DNA of 64,000 nt. It comes from Halocafeteria seosinensis (taxonomy: Eukaryota). A program made the translations under genes and the position numbers. Location: the NCBI GenBank assembly GCA_001687465.1, contig LVLI01000522.1:1-64000 (forward strand), read 5' to 3'. Numbering within the stretch: position 1 is the first letter of the stretch; each line of letters begins with the position of its first letter. The notes below the pieces were generated by a model. That model was not told where the DNA came from and did no database searches. It saw nothing but the letters and a program-made list of their open reading frames with translations. This document shows, in pieces, positions 1 to 13,631 of the stretch.

Positions 1-480
1 TCTCGACAACCGCTTCAATAACGCAACTGCACGAACTCCAAAGCCTCCAGTGGCCTCCACAGCGAAAGGAATGATCTCGCGATCATACTCCTTCAGATGG
101 GCATACTTCCTCAGTTTGGCATTCTCTGCTTGCTTGGCTGTCCACAACTTGGAACACGCTGATCTCACTAATCGATCGTCAGACAAGAACAGGTGTCGGA
201 CCCAGCACGGAGCAAACTGACTCAGGGAGGCAGCGATAATAAACAAATACTGCTCCAACGTGGGTTCTAACTCCTTCATCCTCTTCGTATTGTCACCGTA
301 TGGGAAGAGAGGCGTCGGACTTCCTCAGGCGTATGAGTAAACGTCCCCCGGCTGTCTTTGTCCATAGTTCCCCACGCTGTCGTCGGTCTACAGGTCGCAT
401 GATGCCGCTTCGTTTTAAAGTCGCCCGCCTGTCAGATCCTCCCGCACAACTCAGCCCACCCGACCGTGCTCACAGCAGGT
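1..480 (-). mobile_element. Degenerate CRE/SLACS-like non-LTR retrotransposon, C-terminal zinc knuckle and restriction-like endonuclease (REL) region; runs off the window start
   Basis: Minus-strand translation reads ...WAELCGRI*QAGDFKTKRHHA...EEVRRLFPYGDNTKR...VRHLF...TAKQAENAKLRKYAHLKEYDREIIPFAVEATGGFGVRAVALLKRLSR. This fits the REL tail pattern A..AE..K..KY....F.PFA.E..G.FG..A..LL..L. It has an internal stop and no intact PD motif. Confidence 0.75.
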
Positions 481-994
481 CCCTACCTAACCCGTATGAG
501 CACCAAGCAGGAACTCCTGTAGCGCAGTCCAGTTTCCCCAGTCATTCGGGAAACAGGGACCAATTTGAATAGACGCCGCCTCTCCCCAGAAACGATGGAA
601 AAAAACTTCATTGGAAGTAGATCGACGATATGCACCCCAACCTTGTTTGATCTAGTCCAGTGTGTTTTGTCTATGTCTACCGGCCAAATGTAAACAGGCT
701 TCATCTCCCCTAATGTGTGATGAGAACCAGGGACGGAAACGGAGTACGTGGCTCAAACACACACAGAAACAGCAGGAGCGTCTCAGATTACGCAGGACTA
801 GACATTACACCATGAAAGTATATTGAAACTGTTCAGATCGGATTAGGTGAGAGCGCAGAAGTTTGAGCAAAGGACATTCCTGTGTCTATCTGTCTCCCTG
901 TATGCTTCGGCCTTTCTCTTCACGATCACAATATAAAGGACGGGCAATCTCCTTGAGTCGCCAGAAAGACGGATACTGCAGTACTGTTCTTTTC

Positions 995-3046
995 TCAACT
1001 AGCAGAGAACTGGGGCAACAAAAGTCCCGAATGACGGAACGATACATACATCCTCAATCCGGGAACAAGGGCGTCTCCAGTAAACGGCACGGCAACAATG
1101 AATTCAGTTCCAGGCTCAAAAGCGCAAGTACTATGACCGAACTTAGCTCCTCCACAAACAGTCCGTAGTTCAGGTTGCAGAAGCCACCGGGCCTCGGAGT
1201 AGAGCGATAGGTCTTCCCACCGGACGCACGCCACGGGAACACTAAGTAGTGACTCCCTTAAGGGACAGCCAAGCATAGCCTCAATGTCTGGCTTCCATCT
1301 GAACAGCATGTCCCATTCCCCGAAGGATGCGGACCGTACATAGAGTCCACTGAGTATCTCAGCCTTGTGAGTCCCAGTGTAACCCTTCTTTTCATAATCA
1401 TAGTAGCACCATACATCAAATCTCCGATCCCAGTTGAATTTCTTAAGAAGAGGGGTGCCCTGGTTGCGCTCATGAAACTGGCGGATATTTTCTTCCAATG
1501 GGCTATGCTTCCTGTTTTTTTCATTGGCCCTCTCATACTCTACGCTCCTGATGCTGGGAGACTGCTCTGTCACAATGCTCTCGGGACAATTCCGCAAGCG
1601 TGGAGTTATCTCTTTGAATATGACAATTAGATTCCTTGAGGTGGGCTCATCAAGCGGCTGCAAAGACGACCGTGCACAATTAAAGGAATACGCCGAATGC
1701 AGGGCGTCGATGATAACGTACTGCGTTCAAAGCGTCATTTACCCGTCTCCTGGGGCACGGAGCGACAATACAGCCTCCGATTGATCTTTTCTTTCTCAGT
1801 CCCTTGAGCTGGGAGAGGAACCTAATGGCCTGTTCCCTCCTTGGGTTCGCCTTTCTGCCACTCACGGCTACTAGAATGTCACATAAGGCTGTGGATGTAT
1901 AGGGATCCATCATGCAAAATGCTCGGCATAATCGTTTGAGCCACAAAGCCTACCTTCTATCCGAATTGCCCTTGGAATTTTCGGTTGGTCGAGTTCGTTA
2001 GCATCCACAGTCACGCAGCCAAGATCTGTCACAGACAATACGCAGCGCCTTAACACATGGTTCCGAATGTGTTTCACGGACTCATTAAACGATTGAGCAA
2101 AACAACACACGGAACAAATGTCCCGGTTATTGAGTCTTGATCCTTTCCAGGTGCAGAGAAACTGCGAGACGCGCGTTCATTCGTGTATCAGAAATGCTTC
2201 AAATTAGACTCGAAGAAAACATCCTTACTTTACGCACGCGCGACCTGTCATACGAGGTATCATTATTCGTTGGATCTTCGACTGGCCGTAATCCGAGCAT
2301 CAGACAAGTATCCTGCAACCTTTGCTTTGGTATATCCAGGAATGGTCTGTGTATTCTTAGCCCATTCAAGTAAGCGATCGGCTGCATCCCCGCCAGTCCA
2401 CGAACCCCAGAATTTCTTGCAAGCCTAAGCAAGCATGTTTCTTGTTGATCATCAAGATGGTGTCCGTAATAGCAGTCCCTGCGTCCAAGTAGTAATTAAG
2501 AGTCGGCTGAGAACCAAACAGTTCATTGTATTCTCACCTAGCCTGGAAATCCCTCGACAAAGCAGCTAACGTGGCATGCCTCTTCTCTCTTCCGTGAAGC
2601 TGCTTCTTTGACGTTCTTGGAAATGATTCCCCCCAATCAACTGGTACAACATGGTGTTCCATGCCGCATTCCCTTAGGACTTGGTGGACATACACAGACT
2701 CTTGCGTACTCTCATGACGAAATTGGTGGTCAATGGTCACAGCTATAGGATGGAAATCTTTCTTCTGAGAAAACCGATGGAGCATTACCGCAAGCGCCAG
2801 ACTATCCGGGCCTCCAGAGACGGCCACTAGCGCTCTTGCATGGGTGGGTTGGTAGTGACCTCCATCGACCATAATCCGAGCAAACTCCTCATCCGTCACT
2901 GGGTTGCCTTGGATGGGTGCGGGAAGAGGGTGGTGCACAGCACTGCTATGGTGTCGATACGGCATGCCTGTTTGTGATGCCGCAGACCATCCAGGGCCGC
3001 TGGAGCATCCATGCCTCAAAACCCTGAGCTGCCCTCGCAGCATCAT
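995..3046 (-). CDS. tilS: tRNA(Ile)-lysidine synthase, spliced (5 exons), with a probable organellar transit peptide
   Basis: PP-loop VAVSGGPDS, IDHQFR, GHHLDDQQET.LLRLAR.SG, RPFL and EDPTN...YDR.RVR motifs join in frame across GT-AG introns. The N-terminus MMLRGQLRVLRHG is Arg-rich and lacks acidic residues. Confidence 0.9.
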
Positions 3047-3308
3047 TCCACTTAAAAGACCTCCAATCCCATTAACAAAACGTATCCGCTTTATGGTTAG
3101 TGATGACTGTGGTGTACACTGTACGTACGTAGCGAGAGATTTAGAAGTAAATGATGCTGCAACTTCAACCCCATTTGAATTGGGGACAGACAATGAAATA
3201 AATGGATACTGTGTATTGTTTTTCCCACCTTCCGCTTTTCATTAGAATTTTTATTATTGATTGATTTATGGCTGCTCCTTGGCCTTGTCTTTGGTTAATG
3301 CGTTGCAT

Positions 3309-4512
3309 ATGGCGGCCTCACTCTCCTCGACGTGCAGCACCTTGCAGCCCATCTTGGAGCGCTACAAGCTGGGGCATGAGGTAGATGAGGAGACTGAGAC
3401 GTACATCAAAGGTGAGAAACATTTTCATAGAAACGGATAATATATAAAAGAGTGGTTATGCAAGCATGATTGATGGAACTGCCGAGCGTTCATTTTGCCT
3501 TGACGTTAGTTGACGTGGCTCTTGTGCGTGCTTGCAGCTGCTATAGAGGAAAGCAATGAGCTACAGGATGTCCAAGGTAATGTGATCCAGTCATTACGTC
3601 GTCATGGTGCTCGTTTTCTAAGTTCAGTTTGGTCTTCGCAGACCTGTTGGTCGGATTTGTACTGGGTTATGAAGAGTTAGCGCCCCAAACCCAAGAACAA
3701 CTGGCTGATGAGTTGCGCAGAACTGTGATGTCAGCTATCTCCACCTCTTCTGAACAATTGGGCAACTTTTACACAGAAACTACACAGGAGCACAGTTTAC
3801 CACCGGATAAGAACCATCCTTCAACTGACCGCTCTTCGTCCAATGCGCAGCCGCCAAGAAGCGGGTTTTCTTCTGACAGTGAAGGATGCGTTTCCGCCCG
3901 ACACGATGAAAACGTTTCGGAGGAAACTGATGAAGATAGCTATCCAGAAGCCCAGAATCAACTTCGTGAAATGTTTCCGTCTGCATCAGCATACCTGCTG
4001 AGACGCATTACCACGAAATACGGAGGGGATGTTCAGGTAAGTAACTTTCCTGTAGTAGCCATTTAATGACTTGCGAAGGCCCAAGCCTCTTCATATATTT
4101 GCCCTAACAGTCCTCTGCGTTAGAGCTCGTGGACGCTGATGTTGAAAAGTTGGAACTAGATTATAAAGAACAAGATCGGGCAAGATGGGTAGAAGCACAA
4201 GAAAAGAAAATCGAAGAGGAACGTCAGGAAAAAATGCGACGCCAAAACCTGTTAAAAATATTTGATGAGCGTCCAGCTGATGGCGGCAAAGAAGAGAAGA
4301 AAATAGATAAAGACTTGTTTCAAACAAGCGCGGATGTTCGACAAAAGCGTAAGAATAGGAGCAAGCAACCTCAAATCCGTTACCATGATGGCCAAGTTGT
4401 CACAAAGAAAGGGGAGAAGTACATCAACGAGGTTTTAAAGGAAGATGATCCGTCTACATTCGTCAAGCTAAAAATAAAAACCAAAGGAAAGCGAGGGCCC
4501 GGCTATCGGTAG
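3309..4512 (+). CDS. CUE domain-containing protein (CUEDC2-like), spliced
   Basis: CUE motif QLREMFPSAS...KYGGDVQ. The C-terminal QIRYHDGQVVTKKGEKY resembles the CUEDC2 tail. The first exon starts at ATG 3309 (MAASLSS...ETETYIK). Confidence 0.7.
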
Positions 4513-4659
4513 CAATTCAAATCATGCTGGTTAGTCTTTCGATAGTAGCAAATGAAACAGTAATAGAACATTCAGAACGAACAGCACACTGCGATACCTG
4601 AGCTGCGCTACGCCTTCCTCTCTTTCGAAACGCGTGAATCTACAAAGCTTATCTTGTTA

Positions 4660-5611
4660 TCACTCGGCAGAGTTCGCAACAAACGAGAGATAAATCGTCC
4701 AGAAGATTCCAGCAATGTTAATGAATAGAACATTTAATTGCTCAGGAATCAGTTTAAAGTTGAGGGTCTGCATAATAGTCCAGTATACCCAGTTGACAGC
4801 GATCGTCGCAGCGAAGTTATTCTGGGCTTCTTGCAGACTCAGAATAAGGGAGCCATGCTTGAGAACTCCTTGTACAATAAAAAATCCTATTACCATAAGC
4901 GGAGCCCATAATACCTGCACATTGCTCGAAGTGTACGCACTGTTTCTGTGCATTACGGACAGTTTTGAGACTCACCTGGTCCATCGAAACCTTCTTTGCT
5001 ATAGCCAAATTGTTTGAACCTTTGATATAGGAGTTAAGAAAATCATACCAATAGTGGTTTCCGTAGACTGCCACGCCTGCCCACACTAGCGACCGCATGG
5101 TTCTAGCTAACTCCAAGCCCCAGTCGTCCCGAAGTAACGGGAGGTGGATATGAACACCGTAAGGTGCAGTATGCCATTTGTCCGGGAATATGAATTGGCA
5201 GAGCACATCTCCTATGATTCCAACGAAGCATCCCTGCGAATACAATCACGATGAGAGTCTTCGCTTCTTCGTGGAGCCTGATGGTGACCTGCCTACCGTG
5301 AGAACTTTGGTGGTAACCGGGTGAGTTTTCAAACTATCCATGTACTTTCCATAGAGGGATTTATTTGCATTCCGAGATAAGGGAGGTTTCGTGCTGATGC
5401 TTTTGTTCTTCTTGGGCTCATCATCTTCCTCGCCATTTGTATGACCGTTTCGGTTTTCTCCCCTCTGAATGTATGTCTTGGCTGGCACAACTCCCGGAGT
5501 GAATTTCAGCGATTGCTTTCCAGTGTCATCGACACTGGGTCGACGCAAATGGAACTGACTGACATTAGGAGAAGTTAACTCTTCTTCCTCTGCCTCGAGT
5601 GGAGAAGCCAT
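4660..5611 (-). CDS. Mpv17/PMP22 family membrane protein, spliced
   Basis: Y...LKTHPVTTKVLT, GDVLCQ, HYWYDFL, KKVSMDQ, NWVYW..MQ.LNF..IP...VLFIN...IFWTIYLSF. Confidence 0.9.
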
Positions 5612-6038
5612 TCTCGACGCTTGTCTCCCCCGGAAGAGAACAACAAAGTACGTAAATAATGCATGTATACGAATGATATTACTTGGTCGTCGTCATAAAC
5701 GACAACGGCATTCGCATTTCGACTGCTCAACCGAACAATATTTCCTGTATCACGCCTTCAAACATTGTGTTATACGTCCATGACTGACGGTCCGTGCCGG
5801 ATGATTCCCTTGTGAAGATCAGATCGGGTCACGTGACTCCCTACAACAGTTGTCAAGGCACCAACGGGGTTTATGATGCGGCATGATTACAATATAACAC
5901 ACACAACACAGATGGAAATGGGCATAATAAACTGAGTTTATTCTTCTAAGGAAGAAAGCAAAATGCACATCAAATAGCTGATCTCTAACGCAATCCAATA
6001 ATTCCAAGTCCAAAAACTAACGCAGAGAGGAACCGCAC

Positions 6039-7565
6039 TTAGGAACTCTTGGCCTGGGTCTCACTCGGAGTGTAGCCATAAAATCGTCCAGGCGCGAAAC
6101 CGTTGGGTGCAAATGTCTTGCCTTCCTGAGCCTTGGCATTCTGCACAAAGAAGAAATAACAAATGGTTCTTCACAGGAGACACCCCGTCCACATTCGGCA
6201 TTGCACGTACCATGTCCAAAAAGTCTTCCCCGGCCAGAGCGGCGGATTCCTTAAGCGATTTACCCTCTCTAACAAATTTGTCATGCTCCTCACGAAGCCA
6301 CGATTCAACAGTGCGAAGCAAGGGAGCACGTACGCCCTTCTCGCGCAATTCCTGAAGTCAGATATACCCGTAGTGAACATGGACCAGCCACCCACACCAT
6401 ATCAATATGTTCGTACACATACATTCAATTTCTTGCATTCGCTAAAAGTAGAAAACTCGGCTATTTTCCCTTCCGATAGCCAAGCTAGGTGAGTACCCCA
6501 ATCGTCGAGTCCGTCGAAAATATGCGTCGCATATACGAGGGTGGTTCCATTGCGTTCGGAATCCTCCTGCCCCGATAAAGTTCGATAGCTATATGCTTGC
6601 AACAGAGGAAGTAACAGAAAACACTTAGCCTTACTTTCAAGTATTCCAGAAAGTCTTGCCTTGCTAGAACATCCAAATCCGTGGTGATTTCGTCTAGAAG
6701 CAATATCTCAGAAGGACGCAATAGCTGTAAGAAGATCTGCACTCTGCGGCGTTGTCCATCTGATAGCTGCAGGTCTCAAGAGTATTTTGAAGTCTGCTTG
6801 CAGCAACCACATCCTACTACATGTGGTCATGTATGACGTACCTGATGCATTCTCCAATCTTCGTCAACTCCGAGCAAATCTAGAAGAAACTGGCGCCTTT
6901 CCGGAAATTCGTTTTGCTCTTCTTTCATCATGTCACCGACTCGAATGTCGGCTGTCAGGGCACAGCCGTAGCCAGCAAATGCCACTGTACGCTTCCCCCA
7001 ATCCGTTCCCATGTAAGCACGCTTCAGATTTAACGAAGTGTCATGGAATACATCTCTTCCAAGGACCTCAACGTGGCCGTGGTGGATGTGCTTCCCCGAA
7101 AGCAGTTTCAATATCGAGGTCTTCCCTGAAGGCATAGGAGCAAAAATCGGTAATCGCGAGTACAACACTCAAACTAGAGAGACAGAGACAAAGAGAGATC
7201 AGCGCAGAGGGAACAATGCATCAGCAGCACCACGTCAGGTCAAACAAACCCCAGTGATGGAGCAACGCCATTGACGAATGCCTTCTACAGTGCACTATTT
7301 AGCCGCAGTAGTCTTACCTGCGCCATTGCCACCCACGAGTAGGCATCGAGAGCCAGGTTTCAACTGCACAAGGAACGCAAGAGAAACAAAATTAGGTTCT
7401 GACTGGATGCATTGTGTCGGCAACGTCAGAAACACTTCATTGACTAACCTGTAATGTGATATTCTTGAGTGTCGGTTCCGACGCTCCAGGGTACTTGAAT
7501 GTGAGATCACGGATATCAACAGCCCATTCTGGCTGGCTATTCCCGTTTTGTGCGTTCCCGTTCAT
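6039..7565 (-). CDS. Soluble single-domain ABC ATPase, CAF16/ABCI20-21-like, multi-exon
   Basis: Walker [10 protein letters not shown] (split by an intron), [16 protein letters not shown], Walker [16 protein letters not shown], and YATHIFDGL. No transmembrane domain. Confidence 0.88.
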
Positions 7566-7911
7566 TTTGTTTAAATGTCGCTGTGGCTGTTAAAATGGGC
7601 TCAATATCAACAAATCGGATGAACTATCTCCTCGCTGACACAGTTAGGAATCGAGTCTGCTCCTATTAACTAAACACCGAAGAATTCTACGAGAAAGGAA
7701 CAAGCAAGATGGCAATGGTCTAACAATGCTACTGGAAATGAAACTCTAACCTACTGGTGGACAACATAGCTCGTATGACGTAGGGTATTCTGACGTAGGT
7801 TCCGAGAACAGTGGTTTGTGAAGGTGCTTCCTCAACCACAACTTGTCACAGTTACTTGTAGTCCACAAGCGCTGAATGTTGATGCTAGAGCAATGTTGAG
7901 TTGACAGGTGT

Positions 7912-10751
7912 CTACATAGAAACGATGTCATAGTTCTCCTTGTCACAGTGCCCGCCAGTAGCTCCTTGTCGACCGAAAGCACTCCTCCAATGCCCTCCCT
8001 TGCGACTTGACGGCTCCCGGTTAGGACTTATCTCACGCAGAGAGCAGTCCTTTTGCGGGACATGGAAGCAATACCTTCCGTTTTGCCTTTCTTGGGCATC
8101 TCCCAATGCGAATATTGGGGTTGCGAAATGTTTCTTTGTTGTCACTACACATGTTGTCATTGCTGGACTGCTTCGAGGATGTGCTCTGACGGTGCTGGAG
8201 TCGGAGTTGCCAAACCTCGACTTGCTTCGGCTCGTTGAGCGTGAACTGTCTGCGCACAAGGGGCTATGCGGGTTTTCTGTATGTAGTACCGTGCTGCAAC
8301 GAGAGGGAGTTGAGTGTTGGTGTGAAGAAATGCCAGTTCCATTTGATGGTGTTTCCTGATCTAGAGCTCCACCATTGGCTGTGGCGAGGTCAGTACTTTG
8401 CTCACTGCTGTATTCTCTCGTCTTGCGCCTTGTAGTGATGCGTCTGAGTCTCATGTACTTTGAGTTTAAGGCAAAATACTGTTCGCGGTATTTTGCTGTC
8501 AAGGCTTGTTGGGCCCAGAGTCTCTCATTCACTGTCCAAGGCAAATTCCCCGTGGCCTGCGGAGATAACTTCTTGTTTCTTAGTCTATGCTGCACCTCCA
8601 CTATTTCTTTTTGCAAGAATAGTATCGCAGCTGCAAGTACTTTGTGCTTATGGTTCAATTTCTTTGCGAATTTTTTATACTGTTCTACCCATGTTCTGTA
8701 AGCTGTCCCGACCGCCTCGGATATTTGGTGCTTAGTTTCTCGGAGTCTCGATTCATGCAGTTGGGTTGCTTCATTCTTCTGGCATGTTAATTTTTGTACT
8801 TGTGCAGTTAAACGCTTTTCTCTGTCACTTTGTTCCGCTCTCGCCTCTTCCAACTCGAAACGTAACGAACACACTTTCAGTTGCCAGCGCTGTATACTCT
8901 TAAGGTGTCGATCACGAAAGAGTTTGAGTCTATTTTCAGCAGAATCTGCACGTTGTTGAGTGTCTATACAGCGCTGTTGCAACCTTTTAATTTCTAGCTG
9001 TTTTTCAGTGTTCTGTATAGGCTCGATGCTCTGAGCAGTTATGCTTGCACAGCATTGGTGATGCGCAGCCGTTTCACGCTGCAATCGCTGTTGTGCTTCG
9101 AAAGTTGCATAATTCGCCTCTTCAAGGGAGTGTTTAACTTCTTGTAACTGCTGTCTGAGTGCACTATAGCGCATTTGCATCGATTCCCGTTCCTGACTCG
9201 AGCTTATGGCTTTGGCTTTGTAAGTCTGTACCTGATGCTCAAGGTCGTTGCGAACTTTTTGCAGGCGTAAGGTTTCTTCCCTCAGATCTGCAATTCGTCG
9301 TAGTTGTTGACTACAAGAAGCTTGAAGACTATGTAGTCGATCCTCAAGATACCGATTCCTAGAAATAAGTGGTCTGCGAAAGAGCAAAGCCAGCATGCCT
9401 TACACAATGGAACCACAGTATTCGGACGGCTGTACCTTGTCGAATCCAGCTCATCTTTGAGTGCCTGAGTCTCTGCAGTGCGTCTCAGTAGCTTCGCGCA
9501 ACGGGTCTCTAAACACTGATTTCGTTGGTGCAACTCGTTTAACTGTGCGGAAAGGCTAGTGCTAGCATGTCTGAGGCACACTACAAGCAGAACATTTAAA
9601 AGTTGATGGCTTCACTAGACTCGAAGACTGGTCTTACCTGGAGAGAGTTTCCATTTCGAAGTCACTTTGAAGCAGGGTACTGCCCCGGAAGAGAGAAAAG
9701 CATGGATTGGGAGAGAAGCTCTCTTGTTCCTCCGGTTGCCTGGGAGATGAAATGGTTTGTAACATGTCCACGGTTGCCTGGAGGTCGGCCTGCAAGGTGA
9801 GAAATAGAACTTGGGATTCAGTTCTACGGCCTCCGGCCTACGCATTTGACATTTATAATTGCTCACCATGCGCTCATTAACCCACTTCTGTTCCTTGCTA
9901 CCAGGACTGTAGTCTTCACTACTGTCTTCACTGGGCATTGCTTGACCGTCAAACTCTTCCCGGAACGGAGGTGCAATATTTCCTTCAGAGGTATATAGTA
10001 CTTGCTGAATAATGTCCATTAAAGCTTCCTGGATATTTTCATCCATTGTCATGATACGTTGAAGAAACGTTTCTTTCGAGGGGCCAGTAACGCATGCTAC
10101 CAACACAAGTTGTGCTATCCGCATTACTAACTGTCGCAATTCAGTTTGGTGTCCATGTCGCTGGATGCATAACAAGTGCTCATCGCGAGTAGAGGAACTA
10201 CATTTCACTAAATCCCAGAGCAAACATTTTAATACGCTTGTGTGTTCCTGCAAATGGAATCAGCTTCAGGGTATAACACTTCAGGATGTTGAAAAAAAGT
10301 TCGACGAACCTCATAGTAGTAGAAAAGTTCGCGAAGCAACTCAGTGAGCGCACCTGCTTCACCGATTATGGCTGCTCTGTCAGTTCTCTCCGTTCTGTGC
10401 AGGTGAAACATGCGCGATTGCAGAACGTGAACATGTACGCAAAGGAAGTATACACACCCCTGATAGAACACGGATAAGAGCAACACACCGTCGGCATGTG
10501 CATCTACAGAGCTATTTGCACATGTATTTATGGCTTCTTTCGAATACTCCCAAATGTTGTTATCAAGATTGCGCGTACAGCTTTGTGCTTCCAGCTCCCT
10601 CACCTGAATGAAAAGAACCCGCGAAGAGTTTCGTGAACGTGCGGGCACAGTTGTCTACGCTGTTATGTATGCTAACAAAGCGACTTACCCAAGCTGAGAG
10701 TGCCTTCTCATTATAATCATTGAAGAGTTTTCCTAACCGCTGCTTCTCCAT
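7912..10751 (-). CDS. Hook-family coiled-coil protein (dynein adaptor-like), multi-exon
   Basis: Hook-domain-like segments DGVLL and QLVLVACVTGPSKETFLQRIMTMDENIQEALMDIIQQV, then ALKDELD and a long coiled coil ending in a Ser-rich tail. Confidence 0.7.
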
Positions 10752-11496
10752 CGCTGTTATTTCTACTGTTCTATCGGTGAGGCTACCCTGAATCAGCGCA
10801 GTTTCAAGACTGAATCATTTGGGAAAAATACGACAATGTAGAAATGTTGTCACTTATCGCAGTTCCGTTTGCTTTCTGTCCTTACTTTGTTAATTGCCGT
10901 TTACATGCTAGTCCTGTAGCTAAATAAAACTTTTTTCGGTTATCCTGACTTCGAAGTTTCCCACCATGAATTCGCTACCTTGATTCAAGTGAGCAAGCCT
11001 CGATGCGGAAAACACTTCCTTGTCAGAGCAGGGTAAGCCTTTATAAGGGCAAGCACTAGTATACAATATTGTTGATACCTGTTGAATGGTTAGAAGAGAT
11101 ATTTTAATCTTGTCAGGTTTCATAAGAGCACTTGGAGTGCCACGTGTAGCAACATAATGACCTCCATAGGGTAAGCCGAGCCTCCATCTCCCCTCCCACA
11201 GCTTTTTATGCGGGCTGCCTGCTTTCTTATTCATTTACCCACTGTTATTTCTGTTTAATAGTGGTATCCAATGGGCTCTGCGTCTATTTTTCGTGTCTAT
11301 GGGGCTTAAGTGGTCTTGCAATGGCTATGAAATGGCCCAAAACAGCCTCTCAGAGGGCTGTAGTGGAGTCTGTGGAGTGGATTTTTCGGGCATACACAAC
11401 AACGAATCATGTTATCTGTCTAAGTTTGAATGTATTTATCAATTACGTGCTTATGCTTGACTATGCAGTGGGAATGTCGAATGGGGTGATGCCTTA

Positions 11497-12513
11497 ATGG
11501 CGGAGGAGACTCTTCCCCCCAAGGAAGAGTACGGACCTGATGAAAATGGCATCAAGACAATCGTAGAGTATAAATGGGCTGGAGAAGGATCCAAGAAGAA
11601 GAAGGAGAAGGTAAATAACAAGCGTTGTTATCGAGAACGAGTTTGAATGTCATATCTGCCATGGTTGAATTTTTTCTCCATATACACAGGTGATCACCAA
11701 AATGAAGCGGGTGACTCAGGAAACGCGTATACCAAAGGCAGCCCAAGAGAGAGCTGTAAGTCATGCTTGAGGTGTGAACGCAATGTGATATAGCCTTCAT
11801 CAAAAGGAAATATCTCATGCTTTTCAATGCAGAAGACTCTGCAACCCTTCGGTAAAGCAGCCGAAGATAACAAGGGGGTAACATATCAATCATTCGAAGA
11901 AGTTCGCATTGAGAAACCAGGCGAGGAATCTGATGACGCTATGCAAGCGAAGCTCGAAAGCACTTTGAAGAATGCATTCTGGCGTCGTGCTCAAAAGCAA
12001 CACCACCAAAAGCTTATGGAACAAGCGGGTATGGACCCCAACGCAGTTGATACAGAACAGACAGAGGTCGATTTGAGTGGCGGCAATACTTTTGGAAAGT
12101 ACGTACCTCCTTCCAAGAGAGGTGCTGGGGCAGCTGCTGGTGCCCAGGCAGAGCAAGAGACCGAAGAAGAAACCACGACATTGAGGATTTCGAATCTTAG
12201 TCCAGAGGCCTCTGAGGACGATGTGAGAGACTTATGTAAACCGTTCGGCAGCATTCAAAGGATTCGGATTGCCACGGATCGCGAGACAGGGGAAAGCCGA
12301 GGATACGGTTTTGTCACGTTCCACTTGAAATCAGACGCTGAAAGAGCTAAGAGCAAGCTTGATGGCTATGGGTATGACCATCTTATCTTGAAGGTCGACT
12401 GGGCTCGTCAGCGCAAACGCGACCCAGGTATGGAAGGAGCCTTATCCGGTGGCTTTGTATCCGGATATGGAAAGGCATTGCCACAAATGCCCGGCATGGG
12501 TGCTAAGAAGTAA
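11497..12513 (+). CDS. EIF3G: Eukaryotic translation initiation factor 3 subunit G, 3 exons
   Basis: GPDENGIKTIVEYK, GKYVPPSKR, and a C-terminal RRM (TLRISNLS...SRGYGFVTF...LDGYGYDHLILKVDWA). Confidence 0.95.
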
Positions 12514-12580
12514 TAGTTGGAATCGGTATGAATGAACAAGTCTTTCATTATTTATCCAAGTTTCAAAATCCGTATCACCT

Positions 12581-13631
12581 CTACTCGCTTGATGTGTCAT
12601 CTAAAATATCCTCCATATCGATGCGGCCATACTTTGTAGCCACAGCAGCCTCGAGAGCCTCCAAATCTACTTGTACTTCGGCCATCTCGAGTGTTGTGTC
12701 GCTACCGTCGTCCACCTGCTCTATACTTTCCTGGTCACTAATGCTCCCATACTTTGTAAAATCGATTACATTAGTTAAAGAGTCTTCATTGGAACCGCTA
12801 AAATTGTGCCGAAGATTCTTTCCCGAAAGAGTAAATAAGACTTCCTCTTTCTCGGGGGTTACTTCATGATTTCTGGGGACTGCTTGGTTCGTGCGCTCTA
12901 CGACAGGATTAGAAACAGGACTGCGACGTGGAAGCAAGTCTGCAGAGAAATTAGGACAGTCAGCAGTTCTACTGCTGTCACCTCGCTTGCTTTGGCGGGA
13001 ATCTTCGCATAATTTCCATTCATAAGCCATCCGCGCATGTCTTGCTTTACTGTCGAAGTACCTTGATTTCCACAAGTATGTCTCATACTGCAACCTGAAT
13101 ATTGAATGCTATTATAGAAGTTAAATTGGTCAACACCGAAGCGGAAAATAGGGCCACGTACTTTAATAGACGTAGATCCTTTTCCCTTTCTGTTCCACTA
13201 TACTTGGCGGTATCGGTTCGGTCACCACTGCATCTTTTTTCACCACGGCCTACTGTAGGTGACGTCATGGTAGTCCTTCGCACAGTATTCGTGATATTAC
13301 AACGACATCCCCTATTTGTTTCCTCAAAATGACTTGTTCCGGGGGTCGATGCATGTGTAAAGCTGTAAGTGGTCGGTGCTTCCTGAGTTGGCTGAGTGTT
13401 TGGACTGGCGGAAGTTGACGTTGGATCGTCGTGACGACTTTGTTGGCAGCTTGTCCCCGTCATCTGACGCCAGTGTGGAGTACATGTTGACATGGATGAC
13501 GATGTTCCCTGTTTCGCATCTGTGTAGCTGTCTTGATATACATGAGCGAAGGCCCTGTGGTAGTTCGAGTAGTAATCACGGCGTGGAAGTGAGTGCAGAG
13601 GCCGAACGGGAGGTCTTGGACGTCTCTCCAT
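12581..13631 (-). CDS. Hypothetical protein, 2 exons
   Basis: Two ORFs join in frame through a GT-AG intron at 13161-13095 (LLK|LQYETYLW). No recognised domain. Confidence 0.6.

Noticed and set aside
10920..11234. 104-aa minus-strand ORF between the Hook-like gene and eIF3g
   Set aside because: No recognisable motif, and it lies in a divergent promoter/UTR region; probably spurious.
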